Of a stretch of DNA of 45,988 nt, positions 1 through 8,897 are shown in pieces. The stretch is from an uncultured Aquimarina sp. (GTDB lineage Bacteria > Bacteroidota > Bacteroidia > Flavobacteriales > Flavobacteriaceae). Position 1 is the stretch's first letter. Every line of letters begins with the position of its first letter. The stretch lies in assembly GCA_937929895.1 (NCBI GenBank), contig CALFUO010000084.1, forward strand, positions 1-45,988. The letters run 5' to 3'. Under the pieces are notes generated by a model. It was not told the origin of the DNA and made no database searches. It worked only from the letters and a program-made list of their open reading frames with translations. A program made the position numbers and the translations under genes.

Positions 1-38
1 CAAATTCAGACACAATGTCCTGTTTTCAGAATTGCACA
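1..38. mobile_element. Possible terminal inverted repeat of an insertion sequence at the window edge
   Basis: The reverse complement reads TGTGCAATTCTGAAAACAGGACATTGTGTC. A TG/TGT terminus with an internal GGACA resembles IS3/IS481-type ends, and it abuts the point where ABC-like sequence begins. No transposase is in the window. Confidence 0.3.
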
Positions 39-1667
39 GGCTTAGTATTACCCTTGGCTAGTAAATATCTAATTGACGATGTCGTAATCAAAAAAGATCT
101 TCAAATGCTTTGGTGGCTTATTGGTGGGGTTATTCTTGCTATTGTGTTACAAGCTAGCACTTCTTTCTTATTGACACGTATACTTAGTGTACAAGCACAA
201 TACCTGATTAGGGAATTACGAGTTCAAGTACAAGAAAAAGTATTATCACTGCCAATATCTTTTTTCGATAACGAAAAATCCGGAGCATTAGTTTCTAGAA
301 TTATGAGTGATGTCGAAGGGGTTCGAAATCTAATTGGTACCGGTTTAGTACAATTAATCGGTGGGTCTTTTGCCTCAATAGTTTCCTTAATTTTTTTATT
401 ACGAGTTAGTGTATCGATGACCTTATTCGTTTTACTTCCCATCTCTATTTTTGGCTTGATTGCACTGAAAGCTTTTAAAAAAATTCGGCCTATTTTTAAA
501 AAGCGTACACTAATCAACGCCCAAGTAAAAGGCCGATTAACGGAGACTTTGGCTGGGGTTCGAGTAATTAAAGGTTTTAATGCAGAAGTCCAAGAACAGA
601 AAGTTTTCGAAAAGGGAACTTTAGAAATATTCGAAAATGTTAAAAAAAGTCTAACCGCTACTGCTTTAATGACAAGTTCTTCTACTTTTCTATTAGGGGT
701 AGCTACCGCAGGAATTATGGGTATTGGTGGGTACAAAATCATGAATGATGTTATCACTACTGGTGATTTCCTTTCTTTCACCTTACTACTTGGTTTTATG
801 GTTGCTCCTATTGTACAAATGAGTAATATTGGTAGCCAGATCACAGAAGCTTTTGCTGGCTTAGAGCGTACCGAAGAACTACTAAACCTAACCTCGGAAG
901 ACGATTTACCAGAAAGAACTATAACTTTAGATAACATTCAAGGTAGTATAACCTTCAAAGATGTAAAGTTTGCTTATGATGAAGAAAAAGAAGTAATACA
1001 CGGTGTTAACCTAACAGCTAAAAAAGGTACTGTGACCGCACTTGTTGGTTCTTCTGGGTCCGGAAAATCTACAATTGCATCTTTAGCTGCTTCTTTTTTA
1101 AAACCAATTAATGGTATTGTGAGTATTGATGATCAAGACCTTAGCAAAGTCAGGTTAAGTTCTTATCGTAAAAATTTAGGAGTTGTGCTTCAAGATGAAT
1201 TCCTATTCGAAGGTACTATTCGAGAAAACATTATTTTCGGAAACCCTAATGCTAGTGAAAATAAAATTCAAGAAGCAATTAAAGCTGCCTATGTAACTGA
1301 ATTCACGAATCGCTTTGAAAAGGGATTAGAAACATTAATAGGTGAACGTGGTGTCAAACTTTCAGGGGGGCAGCGTCAACGTCTAGCTATTGCTCGCGCT
1401 ATCTTAGCAGATCCTAAAATTTTAATTTTAGATGAAGCTACTTCGAATCTTGATACTGAAAGTGAATTAATGATTCAGAAAAGCTTAGAACACTTAATGG
1501 AAGGGCGCACTACTATTGTTATCGCACACCGATTAAGTACCATTCGTAAAGCAGATCAAATTTTGGTTATAGAAGAAGGAAATATAGTCGAAGAAGGAAA
1601 TCATGATAGTCTTCTTGCCAAAGAAGGACGTTACTTTGATTTATATACGTATCAATCTAGAATATAA
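39..1667 (+). CDS. ABC transporter permease/ATP-binding protein (MsbA-like exporter), N-terminus missing or replaced
   Basis: ABC membrane domain followed by Walker A GSSGSGKS, signature LSGGQRQR, Walker B ILILDEATS and H-loop IAHRLST. The ORF track starts at ATG 15, but the residues before GLVLP (NSDTMSCFQNCT) are polar where the first TM helix is expected. Confidence 0.88.
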   Translation, partial: GLVLPLASKYLIDDVVIKKDLQMLWWLIGGVILAIVLQASTSFLLTRILSVQAQYLIRELRVQVQEKVLSLPISFFDNEKSGALVSRIMSDVEGVRNLIGTGLVQLIGGSFASIVSLIFLLRVSVSMTLFVLLPISIFGLIALKAFKKIRPIFKKRTLINAQVKGRLTETLAGVRVIKGFNAEVQEQKVFEKGTLEIFENVKKSLTATALMTSSSTFLLGVATAGIMGIGGYKIMNDVITTGDFLSFTLLLGFMVAPIVQMSNIGSQITEAFAGLERTEELLNLTSEDDLPERTITLDNIQGSITFKDVKFAYDEEKEVIHGVNLTAKKGTVTALVGSSGSGKSTIASLAASFLKPINGIVSIDDQDLSKVRLSSYRKNLGVVLQDEFLFEGTIRENIIFGNPNASENKIQEAIKAAYVTEFTNRFEKGLETLIGERGVKLSGGQRQRLAIARAILADPKILILDEATSNLDTESELMIQKSLEHLMEGRTTIVIAHRLSTIRKADQILVIEEGNIVEEGNHDSLLAKEGRYFDLYTYQSRI

Positions 1668-1670
1668 CAA

Positions 1671-1742
1671 AAAGTAAAGAGTACAAAGTATGAAGACTTT
1701 TATAGTAATTTTTGTATTTTGTACTCTATACTTAATACTTTC
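1671..1742. repeat. 7-nt-periodic imperfect inverted repeat (element A)
   Basis: Left arm has AGTA at 1673, 1680 and 1687. Right arm is TTTGTAT TTTGTAC TCTATAC TTAATAC (1711-1738). The arms are complementary, mostly through G-U-compatible mismatches. Confidence 0.75.
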
Positions 1743-1747
1743 TGGGT

Positions 1748-3064
1748 TTGAAGAAGATCGCACTACACTGGCAAATACTTATCGGAATGCTCTTAGGAGT
1801 CATCTTTGGTTATATAATGACTTTACTCCCTTGGGGAAAATCTTTTACCACAGACTGGGTTGCTCCTATTGGGACTATCTTTATTAACCTTTTAAAGTTG
1901 ATAGCCGTTCCTTTAATTTTAGCCTCACTAATCAAAGGAATTTCTGACTTAAAAGACATATCTAAATTTAAAAGTATTGGTGGGCGAACTATCATCATTT
2001 ATATTCTAACCACGGTTATTGCTATCATCATTGGTTTGACCTTAGTAAATATTTTTCAACCAGGAGCTTCAATTACAGAAAGTACTGTTGAAAAACTGAC
2101 ACAAACCTATGCTTCTAATTCTAAAATTAACAATAGAATCTCTGAAGCTTCTAGACAGAAAAATATGGGGCCTCTTCAGTTTTTAGTAGATATGGTTCCT
2201 CAAAATGCTATTGCTTCTATGTCCAATAACAAACTGATGTTACAAGTAATCTTTTTTGCTATTTTTTTAGGTCTATCGATGCTATTGATACCCGAAAAAG
2301 AAAGTCTACCTTTAAAAAAATTCTTCGATAGTTTAAATAGCGTGGTACTAAAAATGGTCGACTTAATAATGCTTACAGCTCCTTTTGCTGTATTTGCGTT
2401 ATTAGCACAAGTGATTGTAACTGCAGATGATCCAGATATACTTTTAGCTCTTCTTAAATATGCAGGTACTGTCGTTTTGGGATTATTACTAATGATTGGA
2501 GTTTACGTCACAATTATAGCTGTATACACTAAAAAATCTCCTATTTGGTTTTTAAAACAAATTAGCCCTGCCCAATTATTAGCATTTTCGACAAGTTCTA
2601 GTGCCGCTACCTTACCTGTAACTATGGAACGTGTAGAAGAACATGTAGGTGTCGACCAAGAAGTATCGAGTTTTGTTTTACCTGTAGGGGCTACGATTAA
2701 TATGGACGGAACAAGCCTATACCAAGCTGTAGCCGCTGTATTTATTATGCAAGTTTTATGGCCCGAAGGACTTACATTTTCAAATCAGTTAAATATTGTA
2801 CTTACTGCATTATTAGCTTCTATTGGTTCGGCCGCTGTACCTGGTGCTGGTATGGTTATGCTGGTAATCGTATTAGAAAGTGTTGGTTTCCCTGCTGATA
2901 GATTAGCTATTGGTTTAGCCTTAATTTTTGCTATCGACCGTCCTTTAGACATGTTACGTACTACTATCAATGTAACTGGTGATGCTACTGTGGCTACAAT
3001 TGTTGCAAAAAGCGTGGGTAAACTTGGGAAACCAGAGACAAAGAATTGGGATGATCATTTATAA
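1748..3064 (+). CDS. Dicarboxylate/amino acid:cation symporter (DAACS, GltP-like)
   Basis: Motifs AFSTSSSAATLP, GATINMDGT, SIGSAAVPGAG and DRPLDMLRTTINVTGD; TTG start. Confidence 0.93.
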   Translation: MKKIALHWQILIGMLLGVIFGYIMTLLPWGKSFTTDWVAPIGTIFINLLKLIAVPLILASLIKGISDLKDISKFKSIGGRTIIIYILTTVIAIIIGLTLVNIFQPGASITESTVEKLTQTYASNSKINNRISEASRQKNMGPLQFLVDMVPQNAIASMSNNKLMLQVIFFAIFLGLSMLLIPEKESLPLKKFFDSLNSVVLKMVDLIMLTAPFAVFALLAQVIVTADDPDILLALLKYAGTVVLGLLLMIGVYVTIIAVYTKKSPIWFLKQISPAQLLAFSTSSSAATLPVTMERVEEHVGVDQEVSSFVLPVGATINMDGTSLYQAVAAVFIMQVLWPEGLTFSNQLNIVLTALLASIGSAAVPGAGMVMLVIVLESVGFPADRLAIGLALIFAIDRPLDMLRTTINVTGDATVATIVAKSVGKLGKPETKNWDDHL

Positions 3065-3275
3065 TGAATATTGAAATCAAAAAAATCAATACTGAAAAAG
3101 CTTACCAAGTAAGGCACTACGTAATGTGGCCTAAGAAATCTATAGATTCTATTAAACTAGAAAAAGATACTGAGAGTTTTCACTTTGTTTTTTAGATAAA
3201 GTTATCTCTGTAATTTCTTTATTTGTCGAAAATAATAAAGCCCAATTTCGAAAGCTCGCTACCCAAAACCTCTAA
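3064..3275 (+). pseudogene. Frameshifted, truncated GNAT N-acetyltransferase remnant
   Basis: ATG overlaps the upstream stop (TAATG). Frame 1 reads MNIEIKKINTEKAYQVRHYVMWPKKSIDSIKLEKDTESFHFVF* (stop 3193-3195). A shifted frame from 3195 continues DKVISVISLFVENNKAQFRKLATQNL*. The RHxVMWP and SVISLF...AQFRKxAT motifs match a common Bacteroidetes GNAT family. Confidence 0.7.
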
Positions 3276-3276
3276 A

Positions 3277-4830
3277 CTAATCGTTTCGTAGAATTGCCAC
3301 TGCGCATTTCTCTCCATCAATTGCTGCAGAAATAATTCCACCTGCATAACCTGCCCCTTCCCCACAAGGGTATAATCCTTTTATTTGAGGATGTTCTAAA
3401 GTTTGTCGATCTCGTGGAATACGTACTGGAGAAGAAGTTCTACTTTCTGGCGCATGTGCAACAGCTTCTTCGGTTAGGTATCCTCGCATACTTTTATTGA
3501 ATTCTCGGAAGCCTTGTTTCAATATGTTATGAATAAACTTGGGAAATACGCTTCCCATATCTGCTGGGGTTAAACCGGGTTTATAAGAAGTAATCGGCAA
3601 ATCTTGTGATACTTTTTGATTCACTAAGTCTGTTAAACGTTGTGCTGGTACACGTTGTGTTTCTCCCCCTACTTTAAAAGCTTGTTGTTCTATGGCTGCT
3701 TGAAAATGTATTCCTGCCAAAGGACCAAATTGTTTGTAAGCTTTAAAATCTTCTGGTCTTAATTCTACTACAATTCCACTATTCGAAGTAGGTTGATCTC
3801 GTTTCGAAGGCGACCATCCGTTGGTTACTACCTCACCTGGACTCGTGGCACATGGCGCAATCACTCCACCTGGACACATACAAAACGAATACATCCCTCG
3901 ACCGTTCACTTGCTTTACAATACTATAGGGGGCTGGTGGTAAATAATCTCCTCTGTACGATCTTTTATATTGAATTGAATCTATCAACTGCTGCGAATGC
4001 TCAACCCGAACCCCTAAAGCAAAGGGTTTGGCTTCGATTGACACTTCTTTTTTATACAATAATTCGAATATATCTCGAGCAGAATGTCCTGTGGCCAAGA
4101 TCACATGATTAGCTGCTATCGTTATACCATCTTGTAACACAACTCCTTTAATTTCATTACTCGAAATTATAAAGTCTATAACACGCTTTTCGAAAAGAAC
4201 CTCTCCCCCATGCTCGATTATCTCCTTTCGTATTTCTGCAATAATGTTAGGCAATTTATTGGTACCAATATGAGGGTGCGCTTCTACCATAATTTGAGGT
4301 GTTGCACCAAAACCTACTAACAATTCTAAAATACGGCGAACATCTCCTCTTTTCTTTGATCTTGTATACAGCTTCCCGTCACTATAAGTACCTGCTCCTC
4401 CTTCACCAAAACAATAGTTAGAATCTTCGTTTACAATATGGTCTCTATTGATAGCTTTTAAGTCTCTGCGTCTTGCCCTTACATCTTTACCACGCTCTAC
4501 AACAATGGGTTTTAACCCTAATTCTACACAACGTAAAGCCGCAAAAAGCCCTGCTGGGCCAGCGCCGACTATAATTACAGGTCTAGCATTGGTAACATCA
4601 GGGTAATCTGGAAGTCTAATTTCTTCTTTCTCAAAATCTTCATTTACGTAAACTTCAACTTTTAAGTTCACCTTAATATTTCGCTTTCTTGCATCTATAG
4701 ATTTCTTTAAAACTTCTACATGAGAAATATCTTCAAAAGGAATCTTATTTAAACGACTAACACTTTTTTTTAATAAATCTAAGTCGTTTGCTTCTTTAGG
4801 TGAAACTTGTATTTGTAAAGATAATGGCAT
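3277..4830 (-). CDS. FAD-dependent oxidoreductase (conserved uncharacterised NAD(P)/FAD-dependent dehydrogenase family)
   Basis: Motifs IVGAGPAGLFAA, FGEGGAGTYSDGKL, FCMCPGG and GEGAGYAGGIISAAIDG. Confidence 0.88.
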   Translation of the reverse strand: MPLSLQIQVSPKEANDLDLLKKSVSRLNKIPFEDISHVEVLKKSIDARKRNIKVNLKVEVYVNEDFEKEEIRLPDYPDVTNARPVIIVGAGPAGLFAALRCVELGLKPIVVERGKDVRARRRDLKAINRDHIVNEDSNYCFGEGGAGTYSDGKLYTRSKKRGDVRRILELLVGFGATPQIMVEAHPHIGTNKLPNIIAEIRKEIIEHGGEVLFEKRVIDFIISSNEIKGVVLQDGITIAANHVILATGHSARDIFELLYKKEVSIEAKPFALGVRVEHSQQLIDSIQYKRSYRGDYLPPAPYSIVKQVNGRGMYSFCMCPGGVIAPCATSPGEVVTNGWSPSKRDQPTSNSGIVVELRPEDFKAYKQFGPLAGIHFQAAIEQQAFKVGGETQRVPAQRLTDLVNQKVSQDLPITSYKPGLTPADMGSVFPKFIHNILKQGFREFNKSMRGYLTEEAVAHAPESRTSSPVRIPRDRQTLEHPQIKGLYPCGEGAGYAGGIISAAIDGEKCAVAILRND

Positions 4831-4886
4831 TAATAAAAGTAAATTTATGCTTAAAAAACAAAGTTCTATAGTTCGTACTAATCATA

Positions 4887-4894
4887 CAAATATA
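4887..4894 (-). promoter_or_regulatory. Bacteroidetes -7 promoter element (TATATTTG)
   Basis: CAAATATA on the + strand, 57 nt upstream of the oxidoreductase start; matches TAnnTTTG. Confidence 0.55.
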
Positions 4895-4900
4895 AACTAG

Positions 4901-4932
4901 AAATGGTCAGTAAATTAATTTACTGACCATTT
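4901..4932. terminator. Perfect 32-bp palindrome, probable terminator of the 1228-aa gene
   Basis: AAATGGTCAGTAAATT|AATTTACTGACCATTT lies 28 nt beyond the stop at 4961 on the minus strand. Confidence 0.6.
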
Positions 4933-4960
4933 ACAATTTTCATTCAAATACCTCTTCTTG

Positions 4961-7900
4961 TTATTCGATAATAAATTTTAACACGGTCTTTGTTCCCGTT
5001 TCTTTTATTTCTAATACATATATACCCGCATCTAATAATGATACATCTATCAAACCATCTTCGTTTATAATGCCCGATTTAACTTTTGATCCATTTATTC
5101 CCCATATGGTATAAGCAGAAAAGTCTTCTACATTACTAATAGTTAAACTTCCTGCATATACGGGATTTGGATATAGCTTTACAATAGAAGCGTGTTTTTG
5201 CACATCAGCTATATCTGCACTTAATGTAATCGACTTTATGTTAGTCTTATACCAGCCACTACCCCAACCTGCTGCCCATAGAACATCTTTATCTTCTGGA
5301 TCGGGTTTTAAGTCTACTATTCTATCAGAATGTGCAAGACCTTTATTTATTTTTAACCAAGTATTTCCTCCGTCTGTTGACAAATATACACCTGGATTTT
5401 TGAAGTTATTAATAGCACTTCCTACCTGTGCAGCTGCAGATATTAAAATAATTTTTGAATCTAATGGAGAAACTTCTGTTTGCCAGATATATGGTGCTTC
5501 AAAAATCCTATTCCAAGTTGCTCCATCATCTGTACTTTTCCAAACTCCTCCTCCAGAAATATCACCTGATCTAGTTCCTGTAGAAATAAAAATGTCTTTG
5601 GTATTTCTATCTATAAACACATTATTTACAGATTTAATATTAGTATCCAAACCGTTTACTTTAGTCCAAGTATCACCCCCATTTATAGATTTATACAAAC
5701 CTCCTTCTGGGTCCGAATTTCCCCACTGATTTAAAGCAGCATATATTATTTGAGGATTATCTGGATGTAGTGCAAACCTTCTTAAACTTGAATTCGATGG
5801 CAAACCTGAATTACTAAGCGTCCAGTTAAACCCGCCATCTATTGATTTATAAAAACCGTACCCTCCTTTTGTTAAAATACTTTCATCTATAGATCTTCCT
5901 CCTACCTCACTTATTTCCTCCCTAACTGAACAGAAATACATATTATTAGCGTTAGTAGGATCAAAAACTAAATTATATTGTATAGCTAAATGTTCCCAAA
6001 TTTGATTACTTGCTTCAAAGATAGTTGCTATATTATTCCATGTTTGTCCCCCATCTTCAGATCTCCTCAACTTCCCTCTATGTGACTGTCTCCATGATAA
6101 GAAATAGATATCATCTGGATTTGTTGGGTTTACAGCGACTGTAGATATAGAATGTGCTCCTCCAGCGTTATTTTGTCCTTCTAACTGTCTTAAGGCTAAA
6201 GCCTCTGGGTCTGGGTAATTACCTAAATCATCATTTTTCCAAAGCCCATGCTCTCCACTACAAAATAATTTTCGCCCTGGCACCCCCGTCTCTAACAACA
6301 TAAAACGACCTGGTAAAGCAGTACCTCCTCGCCCTACCCAAACATCTGAACCTGGACTGGTCTCGTCATCATCAATCTGTTTCCAATCTAAACCTCCATT
6401 GGTTGATCTTAATAATTGCTGATTAATTCCTGTGAAAACATCTCCATTTATATTTATTGCTAACATTCTAGCTGCTGAAGAGTTTTCGTGACCTTCGTCC
6501 ATTTCTCTTTGTAAATGAGCAAAATCAATATTATCTGCATCTACTTCTATATTTTTTGCTTTCCAATACGTATCATCTTTCTTTTTAATCCAATAATCTC
6601 CAGATCTTGCACAAGGAAACCAAGTCGTTCCACCATCTTCTGTTTTCCAAACATCACCCGGGCCAAAACTAAAATCGTGTCTTCTATTATGTACGATATA
6701 AATTTCATCATTGTCGGTAGGATTCACTACAATTCTATTAAAAGAAGGTAAAACATTAGTCGGATAAGTAGTATAAGTACTTTTCGAAACATTTTTAGAT
6801 ATCCCAAACCAATTACCTAAGGTTCTATGATAACCATCTCTATAGTTAAAATCAGTAATCGTTTGCATATTTACACCTAAATTACCTGTGATACTCTGCC
6901 ACGTTATTCCACCGTCTATACTTTTAAAAATTCCACCAGAACTTTCGATAGAATTACCATCGGGACTAGTATATACTGATTGATCTACGGCATAAAGAAT
7001 AAAATTAGTACCGTCATAAAAAGATGTTAGATCACGAGGTAAATCATTTGGTAATCCAGTATTACTAGATGCCCAAGTTTCACCTGTATCTGTACTACGA
7101 TACATACCATGACTGGTAGCCATTACCATTATATTAGGTTGATTTCTATCGAAAATGATTCTTCCAACATCTAAATCATTAGAAATACTTGTCGCTACCT
7201 TAGTCCAATTTCTTCCTGCATCTGTTGTTTTCCATACATATCCATAGTTAGCTCTTCTTTGTTTTTCACCATGTGGATTTGCTAAGCTTCTATGGTTTGC
7301 TTTTACATTCCAAAAATCCCCAGCACCTAAAAACCATATATCGTCATTTGTTGGGTGAATTGCTAGTTTAGAATGTGCTTTACCTACTGTAGAATTCACT
7401 TGCCAAGTCCTTCCCTTATCATTAGTAGTATAAACCCTACCACTAAAATTAAGCCCTGACTGATCATTTGCAAAGGCTACTCCAAAATTAGGATTTTGCA
7501 AAGAAAATTGCATGTCTATTACCCTTCTCATTTCTAGCCCATTTCCGTCCCAATCTTTAACAGTTTGCCAAGATACTCCGCCATCCCAGCTACCATAAGC
7601 TGCATGCATATCAGGCGCCATAAACATCGTATTGGCATCTGTCGGGTGTGTAAAAAATTCTTCACAATATCCAGATGTTCCTAAAGCATAATTTGTCCAA
7701 ACTACATCGTCTGAAGACAATACTTTTTCTATTCTTATTTTTTCAAAAAAAGACCTTTCTAAAATTAATGTAGCATATTGCTTATCTACATCTATTTTCC
7801 AATTATTCACAAAATCAAATGTAGTGTAACTAGATGATTTACTTAATTCTAATGCCGTTAAAGAAACAGCATTAGAATCTGTCGTACCCACAGTATTTGC

Positions 7901-8647
7901 ATAAAAGGCATTTGTAGGCGCTAACCCATTTTTATTTCCTAAAGGATCATCATCTTGTACTGTTGTAATTGCAACATTACCAGTAATCGTACCATAAAAC
8001 GCAACTCTATTTATAATATGCTGTCCTCGTGTTGCTCCAACAACACCACCTGATGCCCAGCCAGCAATAATCTCTATATCAGAAAAACAATCTTCAATTT
8101 TCCCTACTGTTCCATTCAACATAACTCCTACAAGTCCCCCTGCCCAACCAGCAGTACCTATATCTATACTTCCTTTATAAACATAAACTCTTTCGATAGA
8201 TCCGCCTATCATATATCCGGCTACCGCACCTACTCTATTTATCCCAGAAGCGCTAACAGTTATGTCCTTAAGTCCTAAATCATAAACACTTCCTCTAAAA
8301 GCCCCAAATAACCCTGTACCAACGTTACTTGCGTTTGGGGATATTACAAGATTAGTAATAGATTTATTATTTCCATTAAACGTTCCTGAAAATACATTAT
8401 TCGAATTCCCTATTGGAGTGAATGTTTCTCCTGACATATCAATGTCGTTTATTAACTTAAAAAACACTCCTGTCCAATCAGACGGCGTATTAGATAGTTC
8501 TTTTAAATGACTAGAAGTACTAATTAAATATGGATTGATACTGGTTCCTGATCCACCTCCGTATTGTCCCCAAACGACACAATTAATAAATATTGTAAAA
8601 CACAATAATATTAGTTTTTTTAGATTTTTCATTTTTTTGTTTTTCAT
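4961..8647 (-). CDS. T9SS-secreted protein: GLUG-associated N-terminal domain + BNR/Asp-box (GH74/VPS10-like) beta-propellers + T9SS C-terminal sorting domain
   Basis: Signal peptide; GGGSGT..PYLI and FTPIG..FSGTFNGN N-terminal pattern; 12 Asp-box repeats of the SxDxGxTW type; C-terminal LYPNPV...GIYVLEI...KFIIE. An alternative start lies at ATG 8632. Confidence 0.82.
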   Translation of the reverse strand: MKNKKMKNLKKLILLCFTIFINCVVWGQYGGGSGTSINPYLISTSSHLKELSNTPSDWTGVFFKLINDIDMSGETFTPIGNSNNVFSGTFNGNNKSITNLVISPNASNVGTGLFGAFRGSVYDLGLKDITVSASGINRVGAVAGYMIGGSIERVYVYKGSIDIGTAGWAGGLVGVMLNGTVGKIEDCFSDIEIIAGWASGGVVGATRGQHIINRVAFYGTITGNVAITTVQDDDPLGNKNGLAPTNAFYANTVGTTDSNAVSLTALELSKSSSYTTFDFVNNWKIDVDKQYATLILERSFFEKIRIEKVLSSDDVVWTNYALGTSGYCEEFFTHPTDANTMFMAPDMHAAYGSWDGGVSWQTVKDWDGNGLEMRRVIDMQFSLQNPNFGVAFANDQSGLNFSGRVYTTNDKGRTWQVNSTVGKAHSKLAIHPTNDDIWFLGAGDFWNVKANHRSLANPHGEKQRRANYGYVWKTTDAGRNWTKVATSISNDLDVGRIIFDRNQPNIMVMATSHGMYRSTDTGETWASSNTGLPNDLPRDLTSFYDGTNFILYAVDQSVYTSPDGNSIESSGGIFKSIDGGITWQSITGNLGVNMQTITDFNYRDGYHRTLGNWFGISKNVSKSTYTTYPTNVLPSFNRIVVNPTDNDEIYIVHNRRHDFSFGPGDVWKTEDGGTTWFPCARSGDYWIKKKDDTYWKAKNIEVDADNIDFAHLQREMDEGHENSSAARMLAININGDVFTGINQQLLRSTNGGLDWKQIDDDETSPGSDVWVGRGGTALPGRFMLLETGVPGRKLFCSGEHGLWKNDDLGNYPDPEALALRQLEGQNNAGGAHSISTVAVNPTNPDDIYFLSWRQSHRGKLRRSEDGGQTWNNIATIFEASNQIWEHLAIQYNLVFDPTNANNMYFCSVREEISEVGGRSIDESILTKGGYGFYKSIDGGFNWTLSNSGLPSNSSLRRFALHPDNPQIIYAALNQWGNSDPEGGLYKSINGGDTWTKVNGLDTNIKSVNNVFIDRNTKDIFISTGTRSGDISGGGVWKSTDDGATWNRIFEAPYIWQTEVSPLDSKIILISAAAQVGSAINNFKNPGVYLSTDGGNTWLKINKGLAHSDRIVDLKPDPEDKDVLWAAGWGSGWYKTNIKSITLSADIADVQKHASIVKLYPNPVYAGSLTISNVEDFSAYTIWGINGSKVKSGIINEDGLIDVSLLDAGIYVLEIKETGTKTVLKFIIE

Positions 8648-8688
8648 TTTTTTGTTTTTTGTTTTTTGTTTTTTGTTTTTTGTTTTTT
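8625..8688. repeat. 15-nt tandem duplication plus (TTTTTTG)x5-6 microsatellite
   Basis: TTTTTCATTTTTTTG occurs at 8625-8639 and 8640-8654. T6G units are at 8648, 8655, 8662, 8669 and 8676, with a final T6 at 8683-8688. Confidence 0.9.
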
Positions 8689-8757
8689 AAATATTTGTGA
8701 TTGTTGATAACAAAACCGTCTTAGATTTATTCTTTTTATAGTCTCATTAATAAATTT

Positions 8758-8897
8758 CCTCGATGCTAGCATTCGAGGTATTTGTTCAAATTTTATTTTT
8801 CAATGAAAATCTTAGCATTTCAAACTTCTCTCTTCACCCGATGCTAGCATCGGAAAATTAACTCATCAGAGATTAAAAAAGAATGAATCTTAGCCTA
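8758..8897. repeat. Two copies of the palindrome CGATGCTAGCAT(T)CG, each followed by an AATG..ATCTTAGC motif
   Basis: CCTCGATGCTAGCATTCGAGG at 8758-8778 and perfect CCGATGCTAGCATCGG at 8838-8853; the cores are 78 nt apart. Confidence 0.75.

Noticed and set aside
224-937. 237-aa antisense ORF, and the other short antisense or overlapping ORFs in the track (e.g. 1690-1887, 5238-5729, 9500-9799, 28428-28841, 32308-32688)
   Set aside because: They are shadows of well-supported genes and have no recognisable motifs.
8826-8872. Minus-strand CUGAUGAG followed by a hairpin, resembling a hammerhead ribozyme core
   Set aside because: The required GAAA after stem II is GAAG, and stems I and III could not be built convincingly.
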